From positions 16,618,001-16,682,000 of the forward strand of contig NC_087252.1 in NCBI RefSeq assembly GCF_037042905.1: a stretch of 64,000 nt of DNA, written 5' to 3'. Every line of letters starts with the position of its first letter. Position 1 is the first letter of the stretch. Positions 27,901 to 36,803 of the stretch are shown one piece after another. A model generated the notes under the pieces. The model saw nothing but the letters and a program-made list of their open reading frames with translations, was not told the origin of the DNA and did not search any database. This DNA is from Lytechinus pictus (lineage: Eukaryota). A program made the position numbers and the translations under genes.

Positions 27901-30602
27901 TTTCCCAAAAGGTGTACATTCGTAGATGTTTTCCTGGCATCGCATAATACTACATGATTTTCATGGAATAGATTTTCTATATTTGTTGTGTGATGATGAA
28001 CCTGATGCTGTGATTCTTCTTGTTGTTGATGATTAGATATAAGTGCGAATTTGTCAACTTTAGATACAGCCCTTTTGGTAGTATACTATAAAATGTAACG
28101 CTTTTCTAATCCTTTTTCCTAATAATAACAAAGATAACGAATCCTCTCCACTGTGTAATTGGACAGCGGGACGTATTGCTCATCCCATCCAGAAAACCTG
28201 ATCAGTAATATCTTGAATGCAATTCGTTTTTTCCATGCGCAGGTGCCAGACCCCGTGACCGCGCTCGGATGTCACTTACGACATCGCCCTCTCTTGTTCG
28301 ATCGAGCGAAGAATCTAGTGACGTAGATTTTGAGGTGGAATCGTCCGAAAGGGGCAGCATTCACGTGTACCGGCCAAGCAGATATCGGTCTAATAGACGG
28401 GTACCGAGACGGGGTTATGTCACGGCAAGGTCCGTTATCAGAGCGGCCCGTGTACCGGGAAGAAAACACAGGCAGTAAGTTCGAAAAAGAAAAACAATAT
28501 GCATTATATATACCGAGGAATTAAAGAAAAAAACACTTTACACCCCCAAAATATGCAGTTTTATAAATAAAAAAAACGTCCTGAACAAAAAACAAAAAGC
28601 TAAAACAAACAAACAAACAAACTTGTTATAAACATCATGAATGCAGACGTAATACAATACACTTCATTGCAGAATACATTTCAGTTTAATTATTATAATA
28701 CTTGGTACCCCGAAAATTTATATTAATAAACAGTTCTCATTTTGAATTAATTGACTTTCTTGCTATGAATTTTATTCTACTTCTTGCAGGCACGCCTTTG
28801 TTCAACACAGATTATTATTTTTTAAATCAAAATCTGTGATTTTTTAGTTTTTTTTTTTTTACTTACCTAATATATATTTTCTGGTGTATAGATTATTTTG
28901 TAATATAACGTTATTAGATATCATCTTATGTTTGATTTTGTTGAAAATAACTGCATAAAATATCTCTGGTATTCTAATATTCCAAGAGCATTAGACTGCA
29001 TCAGTATAATATAGTATCTAGATAGTTTATCATTTTATTATACATTTCGTGATCATTTGTTATTCTTATTAGATATCTACTCAAATTCTTTTTTTTTTAA
29101 GAAAGTGTTTGACTTAAAAATCAAACGGCGTCCAATGACATAAATATGCTTATCATTATTATAATCATCATTATTAATATTAACATCATCATGATTATCA
29201 TGATCATCATCATCATGATCATCATCATGATCATCATTATCATCATCATCATAATCATTATTACTGTATTATTTTTGTATTAGTAAATTAATAATGTGAT
29301 TATGCATTTGATTTTCTTCCTAGTCCTAGTTCTCACCAACAAGCCCGCCATCATCGAGGCACCCCGAGTAGCAGTTCACCCGAAACAGTACGATCTCATC
29401 CGATTCATTACCGAGCGCCTTCGAGTCCTTCCGAAGGCTACATTTCGCTACCGTATGACAGTTTTAGTGCTGCACACAGCGGGGTTACCGACAGTGACGC
29501 CGAACCGAGGAAACATTATGGTTATTACAGACGAAGAGGGCGACCTCAGATCATTTGGACTCCTAGTGATACTTGTAAGTATTCATCGGAAATCCGCAGA
29601 TGATGTAATAATGCATGTATTTTTCGGCAAATGTATCAATTCATCTAATTAATGTCAGCGACATACAGATTATTGATGAAGAACAATGCAATATTTGAAT
29701 ATTATTTCATAATTTCAGCCATTTCAGTTTTCAGAGCAAGGAAACTGGAACCATATTCTGTAATTGTATACCAGTTTGAAGTACAAAATCGTCTTAGCCC
29801 TACCTATAAATTCAATTAATTATCATAAATTTATTATTGATTTCTTCGTTTATCTATCAAAATAAAGACAATTTCTCTTCTTGATATCAAATTTTTAAAG
29901 CAATACAAATTCATAACCACTTGTTGAGTGGCATATCGATTAGTTGAGTATGAAGGGTAAAGTGTGATAATATTTTTTCATTTATCCTAACAACTTGTGA
30001 CTGCATTTCTTACTTCTAACATTCTATATTACAACTTCAGCAAGTGTTAAACATGATTGATAAGTATTTTCGTCGGGGTGTATCAAATTATGCCTTGACA
30101 CTTTTGAGACGCTTTATTAAACACGTCGAGGGAAATATGCTTGCCGATTGCCCTCAGTAACTGCAATATGTGAGAAAATTGTAAAATATGTAATACTCTT
30201 CTGATTTTTTTAGTGCCTCCTGGATCTATTAGTGACCCTGAAAGAGGGCGGCATCTACGTCACATGAATCCCAAACGCCATGCTACGTCAGTTGGAGGGG
30301 TAAAGGTTGTGCATCCGATTCACCCGGAAACAGTTCGCTATCACATCCCATCCGAGATACGCGAGGAAGGTGAATCGCCAAAGAAAGAACCTAGATCATG
30401 TAAACCTTCGATGATAACATCTTACCCCTCACCGCCTCCACCGCCACCACCACCACCATCATCACTGCCCCCTAAACGGCGAGGTAGCCCGGAAGGAAAC
30501 GAGCAAGATGTGGAAGAAGAAATTGAAATTCAAGTCATTGATGAGTGCAGCAAAGCTAGTCCAATAGGAGATCAGCTTAGAGAGAGCATTTCAGTCGTAT
30601 GA
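680..30602 (+). CDS. Dscam: Dscam (Down syndrome cell adhesion molecule) homolog, 5'-partial; 27 exons, about 1690 codons in window
   Basis: Exons join through GT-AG sites in one frame (5072 nt plus 1 nt from the upstream exon). Domain order 4 Ig - 4 FN3 - Ig - 2 FN3 - TM - tail matches the C-terminal part of the Dscam 9Ig-4FN3-Ig-2FN3 layout. Tail motifs EELERAY and [12 protein letters not shown] resemble vertebrate DSCAM EELARAY and GICRFTASPPKP; PYATF present; ends SVV*. Confidence 0.95.
1457..1735 (+). CDS. Dscam: Dscam exon, Ig7
   Basis: aacag|TT...CAAG|gtaag; VPPVIQP...[18 protein letters not shown]...[11 protein letters not shown]. Confidence 0.93.
1817..2218. mobile_element. MITE with 31-bp perfect terminal inverted repeats
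   Basis: AGTCAAATATATTGCTGTACACATGCGTGAC (1838-1868) and its reverse complement (2183-2213), G/C-run ends, no ORF. Confidence 0.8.
2546..2665 (+). CDS. Dscam: Dscam exon, Ig8 N-half
   Basis: tacag|TA...CCAG|gtaag; [40 protein letters not shown] (missing from ORF track). Confidence 0.92.
3285..3455 (+). CDS. Dscam: Dscam exon, Ig8 C-half
   Basis: gtcag|GT...TTTG|gtaag; [27 protein letters not shown]. Confidence 0.92.
3458..3572. mobile_element. Small hairpin MITE
   Basis: GAAACCGACTCCA (3479-3491) / TGGAGTCGGTTTC (3542-3554) with degenerate extension on both sides. Confidence 0.6.
4128..4205 (+). pseudogene. Degenerate partial copy of the Dscam Ig9 exon in the upstream intron
   Basis: CACGTTGGATCAGTAACAGCAGAACGTCACC...ACCGAAAACGTCACCTTAGAATGCACAG aligns to 4363-4431; in-frame TAA and a 9-nt insertion. 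Confidence 0.8.
4356..4652 (+). CDS. Dscam: Dscam exon, Ig9
   Basis: aacag|TC...CAAG|gtatg; VPATF...[15 protein letters not shown]...[16 protein letters not shown]. Confidence 0.92.
5610..5741 (+). CDS. Dscam: Dscam exon, FN3-1 N-half
   Basis: tgcag|AA...TCAG|gtaag; [41 protein letters not shown]. Confidence 0.92.
5770..6022 (+). mobile_element. tRNA-derived SINE
   Basis: B box GGTTCGAATCC (5816-5826), body not tRNA-like, short TTA-repeat tail. Confidence 0.65.
6178..6351 (+). CDS. Dscam: Dscam exon, FN3-1 C-half
   Basis: gatag|AT...GAAG|gttgg; [23 protein letters not shown]...TEEE. Confidence 0.9.
6770..6830 (-). mobile_element. Degenerate LINE reverse-transcriptase fragment
   Basis: Minus strand reads [12 protein letters not shown], matching the non-LTR RT GVPQGSxLGP motif. 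Confidence 0.5.
7165..7235 (+). CDS. Dscam: Dscam exon, FN3-2 N-part
   Basis: tgcag|CA...AGA|gtaag; [24 protein letters not shown]. Confidence 0.9.
7536..7767 (+). CDS. Dscam: Dscam exon, FN3-2 C-part
   Basis: cttag|CAA...GATG|gtgag; [11 protein letters not shown]...[23 protein letters not shown]...TLED. Confidence 0.92.
8510..8656 (+). CDS. Dscam: Dscam exon, FN3-3 N-half
   Basis: ttcag|TT...GAAG|gtagg; VPSEAPHDV...VFWNAP...[11 protein letters not shown]. Confidence 0.9.
8626..8803 (+). repeat. 52-bp tandem repeat (about 3.4 copies) across the exon/intron junction
   Basis: GTCTACTACAGACCAATC... units start at 8626, 8678, 8730, 8782. Confidence 0.9.
8963..9104. mobile_element. Short MITE
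   Basis: GGGGAGCGTTTCATGAAA...TTGATGAAACACTCGCC imperfect TIRs with an internal TGTCGGA/TCCGACA palindrome. Confidence 0.55.
9412..9567 (+). CDS. Dscam: Dscam exon, FN3-3 C-half
   Basis: tgaag|AT (weaker AAG acceptor, chosen for frame)...GATG|gtaag; [26 protein letters not shown]...TEQD. Confidence 0.85.
10264..10403 (+). CDS. Dscam: Dscam exon, FN3-4 N-half
   Basis: tctag|TT...GAG|gtaaa; [10 protein letters not shown]...[18 protein letters not shown]. Confidence 0.92.
11122..11275 (+). CDS. Dscam: Dscam exon, FN3-4 C-half
   Basis: tacag|GTA...AGAG|gtaat; [19 protein letters not shown]. Confidence 0.92.
12105..12222 (+). CDS. Dscam: Dscam exon, Ig10 N-half
   Basis: accag|TA...ACAG|gtaaa; VPARIMSFS...[16 protein letters not shown]...W. 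Confidence 0.92.
12632..12792 (+). CDS. Dscam: Dscam exon, Ig10 C-half
   Basis: tgcag|G...TTGG|gtaag; [29 protein letters not shown]. Confidence 0.92.
14845..15185. repeat. 24-bp minisatellite (about 13-14 copies)
   Basis: Consensus CACCATTGAACACACTGACCTGTG, head to tail; explains the repetitive ORFs at 14781-15130. Confidence 0.9.
16730..17278. repeat. Degenerate CA-rich minisatellite
   Basis: Recurrent CACACTCGATCCC / CACACTCGCTCC units; related tracts at about 16060-16260 and 18305-18400. Confidence 0.65.
17279..18304. mobile_element. CACTG-ended non-autonomous DNA transposon with nested insertions
   Basis: CACTGTTAAAAA...TTTTCTAACAGTG TIRs, CA on both flanks. Confidence 0.7.
17599..18187. 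mobile_element. TTAA-flanked long-TIR MITE (Kolobok/piggyBac-type target site)
   Basis: TTAA|ATGACAAGTCCA...TGGACTTGACCT|TTAA; roughly 200-bp imperfect TIRs; related copies at 34661 and 61075. Confidence 0.8.
19060..19344. mobile_element. MITE with CACAGTGTG-rich internal repeats
   Basis: TGGAAAGAGCACAGT...ACTGTATTCTTTCCA TIRs; related sequence at about 5038-5222 and 33655-33775. Confidence 0.6.
19854..19952 (+). CDS. Dscam: Dscam exon, FN3-5 N-part
   Basis: aatag|CC...GTGG|gtaag after a 7-kb intron; [32 protein letters not shown]. Confidence 0.9.
20713..20901 (+). CDS. Dscam: Dscam exon, FN3-5 C-part
   Basis: tccag|CC...GAAA|gtaag; [23 protein letters not shown] (LxCG motif typical of Dscam FN5). 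Confidence 0.92.
21635..21756 (+). CDS. Dscam: Dscam exon, FN3-6 N-half
   Basis: ttcag|TT...CAG|gttcg; [26 protein letters not shown] (WxxGGCPI typical of Dscam FN6). Confidence 0.92.
22179..22356 (+). CDS. Dscam: Dscam exon, FN3-6 C-half
   Basis: tttag|GTG...TCAG|gtttg (alternative in-frame donor 6 nt upstream); [19 protein letters not shown]. Confidence 0.88.
23071..23293 (+). CDS. Dscam: Dscam exon, transmembrane and juxtamembrane
   Basis: gacag|GT...CTTC|gtaag; [22 protein letters not shown] followed by basic RRRRKK. Confidence 0.92.
23321..23639. mobile_element. MITE with GGCCCGTATTCT termini (PIF/Harbinger-like)
   Basis: 12-bp perfect TIR GGCCCGTATTCT/AGAATACGGGCC; degenerate relative at about 53040-53300. 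Confidence 0.7.
24646..24773 (+). CDS. Dscam: Dscam cytoplasmic exon
   Basis: aacag|G...GAAG|gtgac; phases 2/1 match neighbours; [19 protein letters not shown]. Confidence 0.8.
25252..25455 (+). CDS. Dscam: Dscam cytoplasmic exon with PYATF motif
   Basis: tatag|AG...AGAG|gtaaa; EEGDYASEP...DPYATFDY...LYDIPP. Confidence 0.87.
26266..26382 (+). CDS. Dscam: Dscam cytoplasmic exon
   Basis: ttcag|GA...CGAG|gtata; [21 protein letters not shown]. Confidence 0.8.
26531..26772. mobile_element. Near-palindromic MITE, TA target duplication
   Basis: TA|CACTGCAAAA...CCGGTGTTGATTTAACACCAGCCCGGA and its reverse complement ending TTTTGCAGTG|TA. Confidence 0.85.
27007..27321 (+). CDS. Dscam: Dscam cytoplasmic exon with vertebrate-type conserved motifs
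   Basis: accag|GT...GAAG|gtatg; [12 protein letters not shown]...[14 protein letters not shown]. Confidence 0.9.
28243..28474 (+). CDS. Dscam: Dscam cytoplasmic exon
   Basis: cgcag|GT...GGCA|gtaagt; open in the required phase, GC-richer than flanks, Ser/Arg-rich. Confidence 0.8.
29152..29265. repeat. (ATC/ATT)n microsatellite
   Basis: ATCATCATGATCATCATC runs. Confidence 0.8.
29324..29574 (+). CDS. Dscam: Dscam cytoplasmic exon
   Basis: cctag|T...ACTT|gtaagt; frame [12 protein letters not shown]...[11 protein letters not shown]...IIWTPSDT (not the frame in the ORF track). Confidence 0.8.
30214..30602 (+). CDS. Dscam: Dscam terminal coding exon (polyproline tract, C-terminal SVV)
   Basis: tttag|[18 protein letters not shown]; ends ESISVV-TGA, a class I PDZ-binding type S-x-V terminus. 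Confidence 0.87.
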
Positions 30603-31250
30603 TCCGGCTAGTCAAATAGGAAATCGGTACAGAATGAACTTTTCGTTTAATGATCCAGTTTGTCCAATAGGAGATCAGTTTAGATAAAACATTTCAGCTG
30701 TATGATTCGGCTAGGAAATCAGTACAGAGTGAACATCTCGTTCTCTGATCCGGTTTGTCCAATAGCAGATCAGTTTAGATAAAACATTTCAGCTGTATGA
30801 TTCGGCTAGTCCAATAGAAAATCAGTACGGAGTGAACATCCCGTTCTCTGATCCGGTTTGTCCAATAGCAGATCAGTTTAGATAAAACATTTCAGCTGTA
30901 TGATTCGGCTAGTCCAATAGGAAATCAGTACGGAGTGAACATCTCGTTCTCTGATCCGGTTTTGTCCAATATGAGATCAGTTTAGGTAAAACATTTCAGC
31001 TGTATGACCTGGATATAGGAGATCAGTTGACGGAAAAGAAATATCGCAGCTGCATGATCTGGATTGACCAATAGGAGATCAGCTTAGAGGAAACATTACG
31101 ACCGTATGATCCAGCTTGTCCAATAGAAGATCAGTTAAAGGGAAACATCTTGGTTAAATGATTTGATAAGACCAATAGGAGTTCCGTTTAGAGAAAACAT
31201 GTTCAAAAAGCGACCGATTTAGAGAAAATATATCAGCCATAATGATCCGG
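30558..31250 (+). repeat. 51/52-bp tandem repeat with about 103-bp dimer periodicity, starting inside the last Dscam exon
   Basis: Units (A/T)GTCCAATAG...TGATCCGG start at 30558, 30610, 30661, 30756, 30808, 30859, 30911, 30963 and decay towards 31250. Confidence 0.9.
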
Positions 31251-31373
31251 CTTGGCAATCGGATATCATCTTATACCAACTGCTGGTGTCAGTAATAACA
31301 CCCCGGTTTAGGTGATTTCGATTTTTAATCATAGATAAGGCACTAGGGGTCAAGCAACGTGCATCGTAATCAT

Positions 31374-31588
31374 CAGGGGCAGATCCAGGATTTTCGGAAA
31401 GGGGGGCACATTTTCCCGAGGAAAATTTGACAAAAAGGTCCTCGCTTTCAAGGGGGGGGGGGTGGAGGGACACACTTGTGTCAGAACATAATATTTACAT
31501 TACAAATTTTGATTATGCCCTCAAGGGGAGGGGGAGGGGGAGGGACAGGGGTTGCTGGGGCCGGATGTGCCCCCTGGATTCGCCAGTG
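31374..31588. mobile_element. MITE, CAGGGGCAGATCC family
   Basis: CAGGGGCAGATCCAGG...CCTGGATTCGCCAGTG TIRs; related copy at about 25892-26120. Confidence 0.65.
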
Positions 31589-32244
31589 GTAACCATGTTA
31601 AATTTCTTGTTCAAGAAATCAAGTGAATCACCCGCCGAAATTCACCTAACACACACAATCCACTTAGACCTAGACCCTTATGCTACAGTCATACCAATAA
31701 GCCAGTTCACGGTTAGCTCATGATCAACTTTTCTCCAATGACCTTTGTGATTTTTCATTAGGATAAGCACTATCAGTTTCAAATGTAGATGTTGCGTAAG
31801 CTTTACCGGTAGAGTATTCAAATTCTAAGAACAAAAGGCATTGTATAGACCAGGTGACTAGAATAGTACATCAGGGATAAAGTTTGGAATTATGTTTATT
31901 GTCTGCCTTTGGCACATTTGACTATTGTTCAGGCTCTGTCAAATACCAGTGATTATGAAGGCTCTATTTATTACTCTTCAGCTTGGATGTGATAAATATT
32001 TAGAAAGGAATACATGAATAATCATCAAATCACAAATGCCTATGTCAGTGAATTTGAAAGCCACCTTCATGGTTGTCTCCAATGACCTTTTTCTGCTCGT
32101 GCGTAGTTTACAACCGTGAACAGGCTTATTGAACCGACTCCATGCCGACCGATGATATGTCATTGCAAGCTTATAATATAACAACTTGTTTGGACAGGGG
32201 TCGATTTCGGCGATCTGGCTGTGTCAGTCCGGACATTTTCGCAT

Positions 32245-33033
32245 GTCCTTGGTACCATACAAATAGTTTGCTTAGAAACACCCTAGCAATTTCAAATTCA
32301 CTGTTAATTTCATGTATAATTTACATCGCAGGGTATTGAAATGGTACGTATAAGCATAGAGCTGTAATAGCTCTATGGTATATGGCACGCCAAATGTCCA
32401 ATATAGTTATCAGTAAACAACGAGTGATAAACTAGTCTTCGAAGTACTCGACATTTGGCGCTCCATATACATTTCAGCTATCGCATTATAATCGTCCATA
32501 TAGATAGTAGGGAGTTTTCGCTTTTACTACGGGGAAACTCTCTACAACGCATCAATTCTTTTGAAAATGCAAGTCAAATCACAATGGAGAGCCGAGAGGA
32601 TTTTGTCGAATCCCTTGACTGGACAACACCATATTTGCAATTGTTCTTCCGCGGCAAATCTTTGGATAATCTGCTCTCCTAAGTCCACCAACTTTTGACA
32701 AAATCCTCTCAAGCTCTCCATTGTGATTTTAATTGCATTTTCAAAGGAATTGATGTGTTGGAGAGAGAGTTTCCGCGTATGGTAAAAGCGAAAACTCCCT
32801 ATTGTCTATGGACGATTCTAATGCGATAGCTGAAACGTGTATGGAGCGCCAAATGTCGAGTAGTTCGAAGACCAGTTTATCACTCGCTGTTTACTGGTAA
32901 CTATATTGGACATTTGGCGTGCCTCATATGTACCATTTAAGTACCCTGCGATGTAAATTATACATGAAATTAACAGTGAATTTGAAATTGCTAGGGTGTT
33001 TTTTAAGCAAACTATTTGTATGGTACCAAGGAC
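32245..33033. mobile_element. Foldback element with about 350-370-bp inverted arms
   Basis: GTCCTTGGTACCATACAAATAGTTTGCTT... mirrored by ...AAGCAAACTATTTGTATGGTACCAAGGAC; spacer about 80 bp; opposite-strand ORFs 32142 and 32818 share the peptide NTLAISNSLLISCIIYIAGY. Confidence 0.85.
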
Positions 33034-34660
33034 TTGTAAAGTATACATCACTGATTTATTTTTATCGTCTGGGTACGGGAAGTGTACAATGATGTCACGT
33101 TGGTTATGATGAAACACTTCATTGAAAGTTTGATGAAAACCAACCAATGGCAAAATGACAAAGGATAAAAGCTGCAGCAGTTTCCAATACATTCATATAA
33201 TATATTCATATATATTGTTAGCTTATCCGATATACGTCGGGCTAGTGGGCAAACTACTGACGGGCGAGGGCGAAGCCCGAGTCCGTCAGTCTCCTTCACG
33301 CGATCTAGCCCGGCGCATATCAGGATAGGCTAGTACATGTATATTGTAGATTCGACCAAGTGTCAATTTCTCCTTTAAGGTTTCAATTTCACATCAGTGA
33401 ATTCAACAAGTACTCACAGAATACACCTCTATGAAAAGGAAATGCATGTTATTCGGTCACGATGAACAATTCAATTGACAATTTGAATCCAACTATAATG
33501 ACTATAAGCTGGGTATACGTCACATTTTATATTGAAGAGTATATATTTTTTTCAAAGGATGTAATTGGAGTAAATGATTTTTGCAGTTATAAAAGATGTT
33601 AGCAGGTATTTTATGATCAATAATGCGTTTCTGTTGGATGGAATACAAAGTTATCACAGTGTGTTCATTTAGTCACTATGTGAAAATGAAATTTACACTG
33701 TGAAAATGTTCGAATTTAACAGCGTGGAGAGGATTTCACGTCGTAATTCACACTGACGGACACTGCTCTTTTCAACATAAAATGGCGGAAAATAATCTTA
33801 CGAATACGCTTATTCAAGTAAAAAGATCATAATATTTTGAGAACATATAATAAAAGGCGAGGTCATCACTCATTCGTACCACTAACACTATGTTCTGTAT
33901 AGAGATGCATATCATCTGATCACTGTGCTTTAAAAATGAACTAGCCAAGTTGCAAATTCGCAACATGTTAATGCAGCGATGTATTCAGTGTTTTACTGCC
34001 ATTTCCTCAATATGCACGTGACTCCTTTGTAATAGTGTTACGATTGCAAAATAGTAAATAAAAAACCACATCAGAGCACTGCCATAACATTAAACGCAAA
34101 ATCATATATGTACGTTTCAACGGTAACATTATGTATGTATATATAGAGTAGGGGTAGTTGATTAGACCTTATGAATACAATATTATCTGTTCAAATTGTA
34201 ATGTGTCACATAATGAATTTGCGCTATTTATACTCGCATTCATTAATGCTATTGATTGTATATAAATGATTCGTTATTCTCAAATAAAAGCGACTGATAA
34301 AATACAAAATCAGAGATATATCTTGATTTCTAATTGGTGTTGTTTAGTTATTTGGATATTAGACAATACAAATTGAAATAGAAACAAACGAGGAAAGTAG
34401 GGGCTCCTTTGTAGAGCAGTTTTCAAAAGAAATGGGCTACCTTCCGTATTTTATTTTTTTATTCTCGATTGTTTGAAATAAAAATTGAATAAATGAATAA
34501 TTAACAAATATCGTCTTCGGACACAACAATGTTACGATATTACGATATTGGAGATAAATACTAGTATCTAATGCGAAAAGTCCAATGGTTTGATTTTTTG
34601 CATCATAATAAAAGGTCGGGAAACACAATTAAATCAAGTTCAAGTTCTATTTCATTCCTC

Positions 34661-35312
34661 TTAAACATAGTTCATCCCATGGCAAGAAAAAGCTGATTTG
34701 AATAAAAAGAGAGCAAATCCATCAAGCACAACATTGAAAATAAAAAATACGAAAGATATGACATTTTAAGTTTCGCTTAATTTTACAAAATAGTTGTATG
34801 CACATCCCAGCCGGTATGCAAATGAGGAACTGATGACATTACTCTCTCACTATTTGTTTTGTATTTTATTATATGACATATTCCAATTTTCTCCTCATTC
34901 TTCTGTGAAACAAAGTTTTATTTCTCCCTGAACATGTGGAATTACCAGTGTTTAACATTTTATGGTCCAGTCAAGTTGCTCCTTATTGTCCAATCTGTAA
35001 AACATTAAATATTGTATAATTCAAACAATAAAAAAAGAAGAAATAGTGAATAAGGGACATCATCGATTCTCTCATTTGCATGTGACTAAATTGTCATAAT
35101 TTATGGCTTTCTAAAGTGTCGCTTATTTTTCGCAAAATAACAATATATGCATAATGCATATATTTTTATTTTGCGAAAAATAAGCGACACTTTAGAAAGC
35201 CATAACTTTCTTATTTTTCATCCGATTCTGATGAAATTTTCAGCATTATGCCCTTCTGATTTTTCTCTATTGTTTCAAATCAACATTTTGCTGAGGAGGA
35301 CTTGACCTTTAA
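34661..35312. mobile_element. TTAA-flanked long-TIR MITE, second copy
   Basis: Homologous to 17599-18187; ends GGACTTGACCT|TTAA. Confidence 0.75.
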
Positions 35313-35574
35313 GTGAAAATACTATCTCATTAATAAAGTTTAGACTAAAATGAAAGTTAAAAAACCTGTTCGCTAAAATAACATGAAAATACCACCTGGT
35401 TGTACATAATAAAGATTAAAAGAACACACACACATTGTTAATAAAATTCTTATGGCATTTCCTTTATTTCTTCTGTTTCTGTTAAAATACATGAAAATGC
35501 TATAAGAAATCTTATCGTGCGTGTGTGCATTTTGTTGAAAAAAGTTATGTACAACGTAGTGTAAGAGCACGGTG

Positions 35575-35691
35575 TATATAATACTAGTTCCTTTATCAAG
35601 GGCATAGTACAATTGTAGGTACCGTGTCCTTGAATAGAACCCCGGACCTTCATATGTCTAGTCATGAGCCATAAACCACTCGGCCACCGTG
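35575..35691 (-). mobile_element. tRNA-derived SINE head
   Basis: Minus strand: A box TGGCCGAGTGG, degenerate B box GGTTCTATTC; no intact cloverleaf. Confidence 0.55.
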
Positions 35692-36766
35692 TACAGTAAT
35701 ACAAATTCACATATTATCACTCGCAACCACACACACACTTTTTCAGAATGTTTTTATCAATGATCATTCCAATAATTTACAACGTATTGTAAGTAAAGAC
35801 AAGAAATCATTATGTTTTATTAATAAGAATATATAAAAATACTTACCAAAAAACGAAAGCAAATAATGATGGAATAAATGCCTCAAACAATATACTATTA
35901 TACTAAGAAAACTAAAAAAATTAACTTTTATACTAAGAAAACAAAAGTAAATACACGCGCTCATCCCCACACACACGCACACACACCCTATATAAATTTG
36001 ATATATGAGTGTTTAAATATCAACAGAGGGAAGTCACATTCGGTTTTCGATGTTATCACCAAAAACATATATAAAGCCTTAAAGCCTATATAAATCATGT
36101 CAATTAGGCATTTATGATCGCCCGAAAAAGAAAATTCAGCGATCCTCGATATAAAAAAATCTACACCCTCCTCGATCTGGTTCTTCGAACTGGTTTACGG
36201 AAGTTTCGAATCTAATTTTGATAAAAGAGAATCCCGGTGCGTTTATTGATGTTTTCTTAAACCCACTCTCACCCTTCCAACAAAACAGTACGGTTAAAGA
36301 CAAAAAGACAGAAAAAACACCCAAAAGACCTTTCTATAAGGGTTACAGACGAGTGCGCATGATCATTATGAAAGTGATTTGGCCGAGGACTCGAAATTCC
36401 ATTCTTTTGATTTCCCTACTCCCCTTCTGTTAGGATTAAATCAAACGAAACGTAACAAAACAGGTATTTTACTGTTGGTTAGAAGTAACGTGATATAAAA
36501 GTGTAAACGAACTTGGGAATTTTTCAGTTTTCATGCATACTTTTATATACTCGCATTCGAAGCTGACGAAGTCTCCATTTAGCGCGGCAAACCAATTCAG
36601 ATACATTCGCCCAGAGTAGACATTCTTCCTCGAGTACAGAAAACGACAGCAAAGAGGGCAAACTTTTTTCTACAAATTACAGCTGCTAAATAAAAGGTAA
36701 ATTTTCTCAAATTTTATGAATTCTATTCTGCATTATATTGGTATTGTAACATTTTGAATGTGCGTG

Positions 36767-36803
<37 letters not shown>

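Noticed and set aside
29296..29652. 118-aa ORF as an independent gene
   Set aside because: Alternative frame over a Dscam exon; splice phases require the other frame.
30558..31250. CRISPR-like repeat-spacer array
   Set aside because: The alternating units are homologous to each other, there are no unique spacers and no cas genes.
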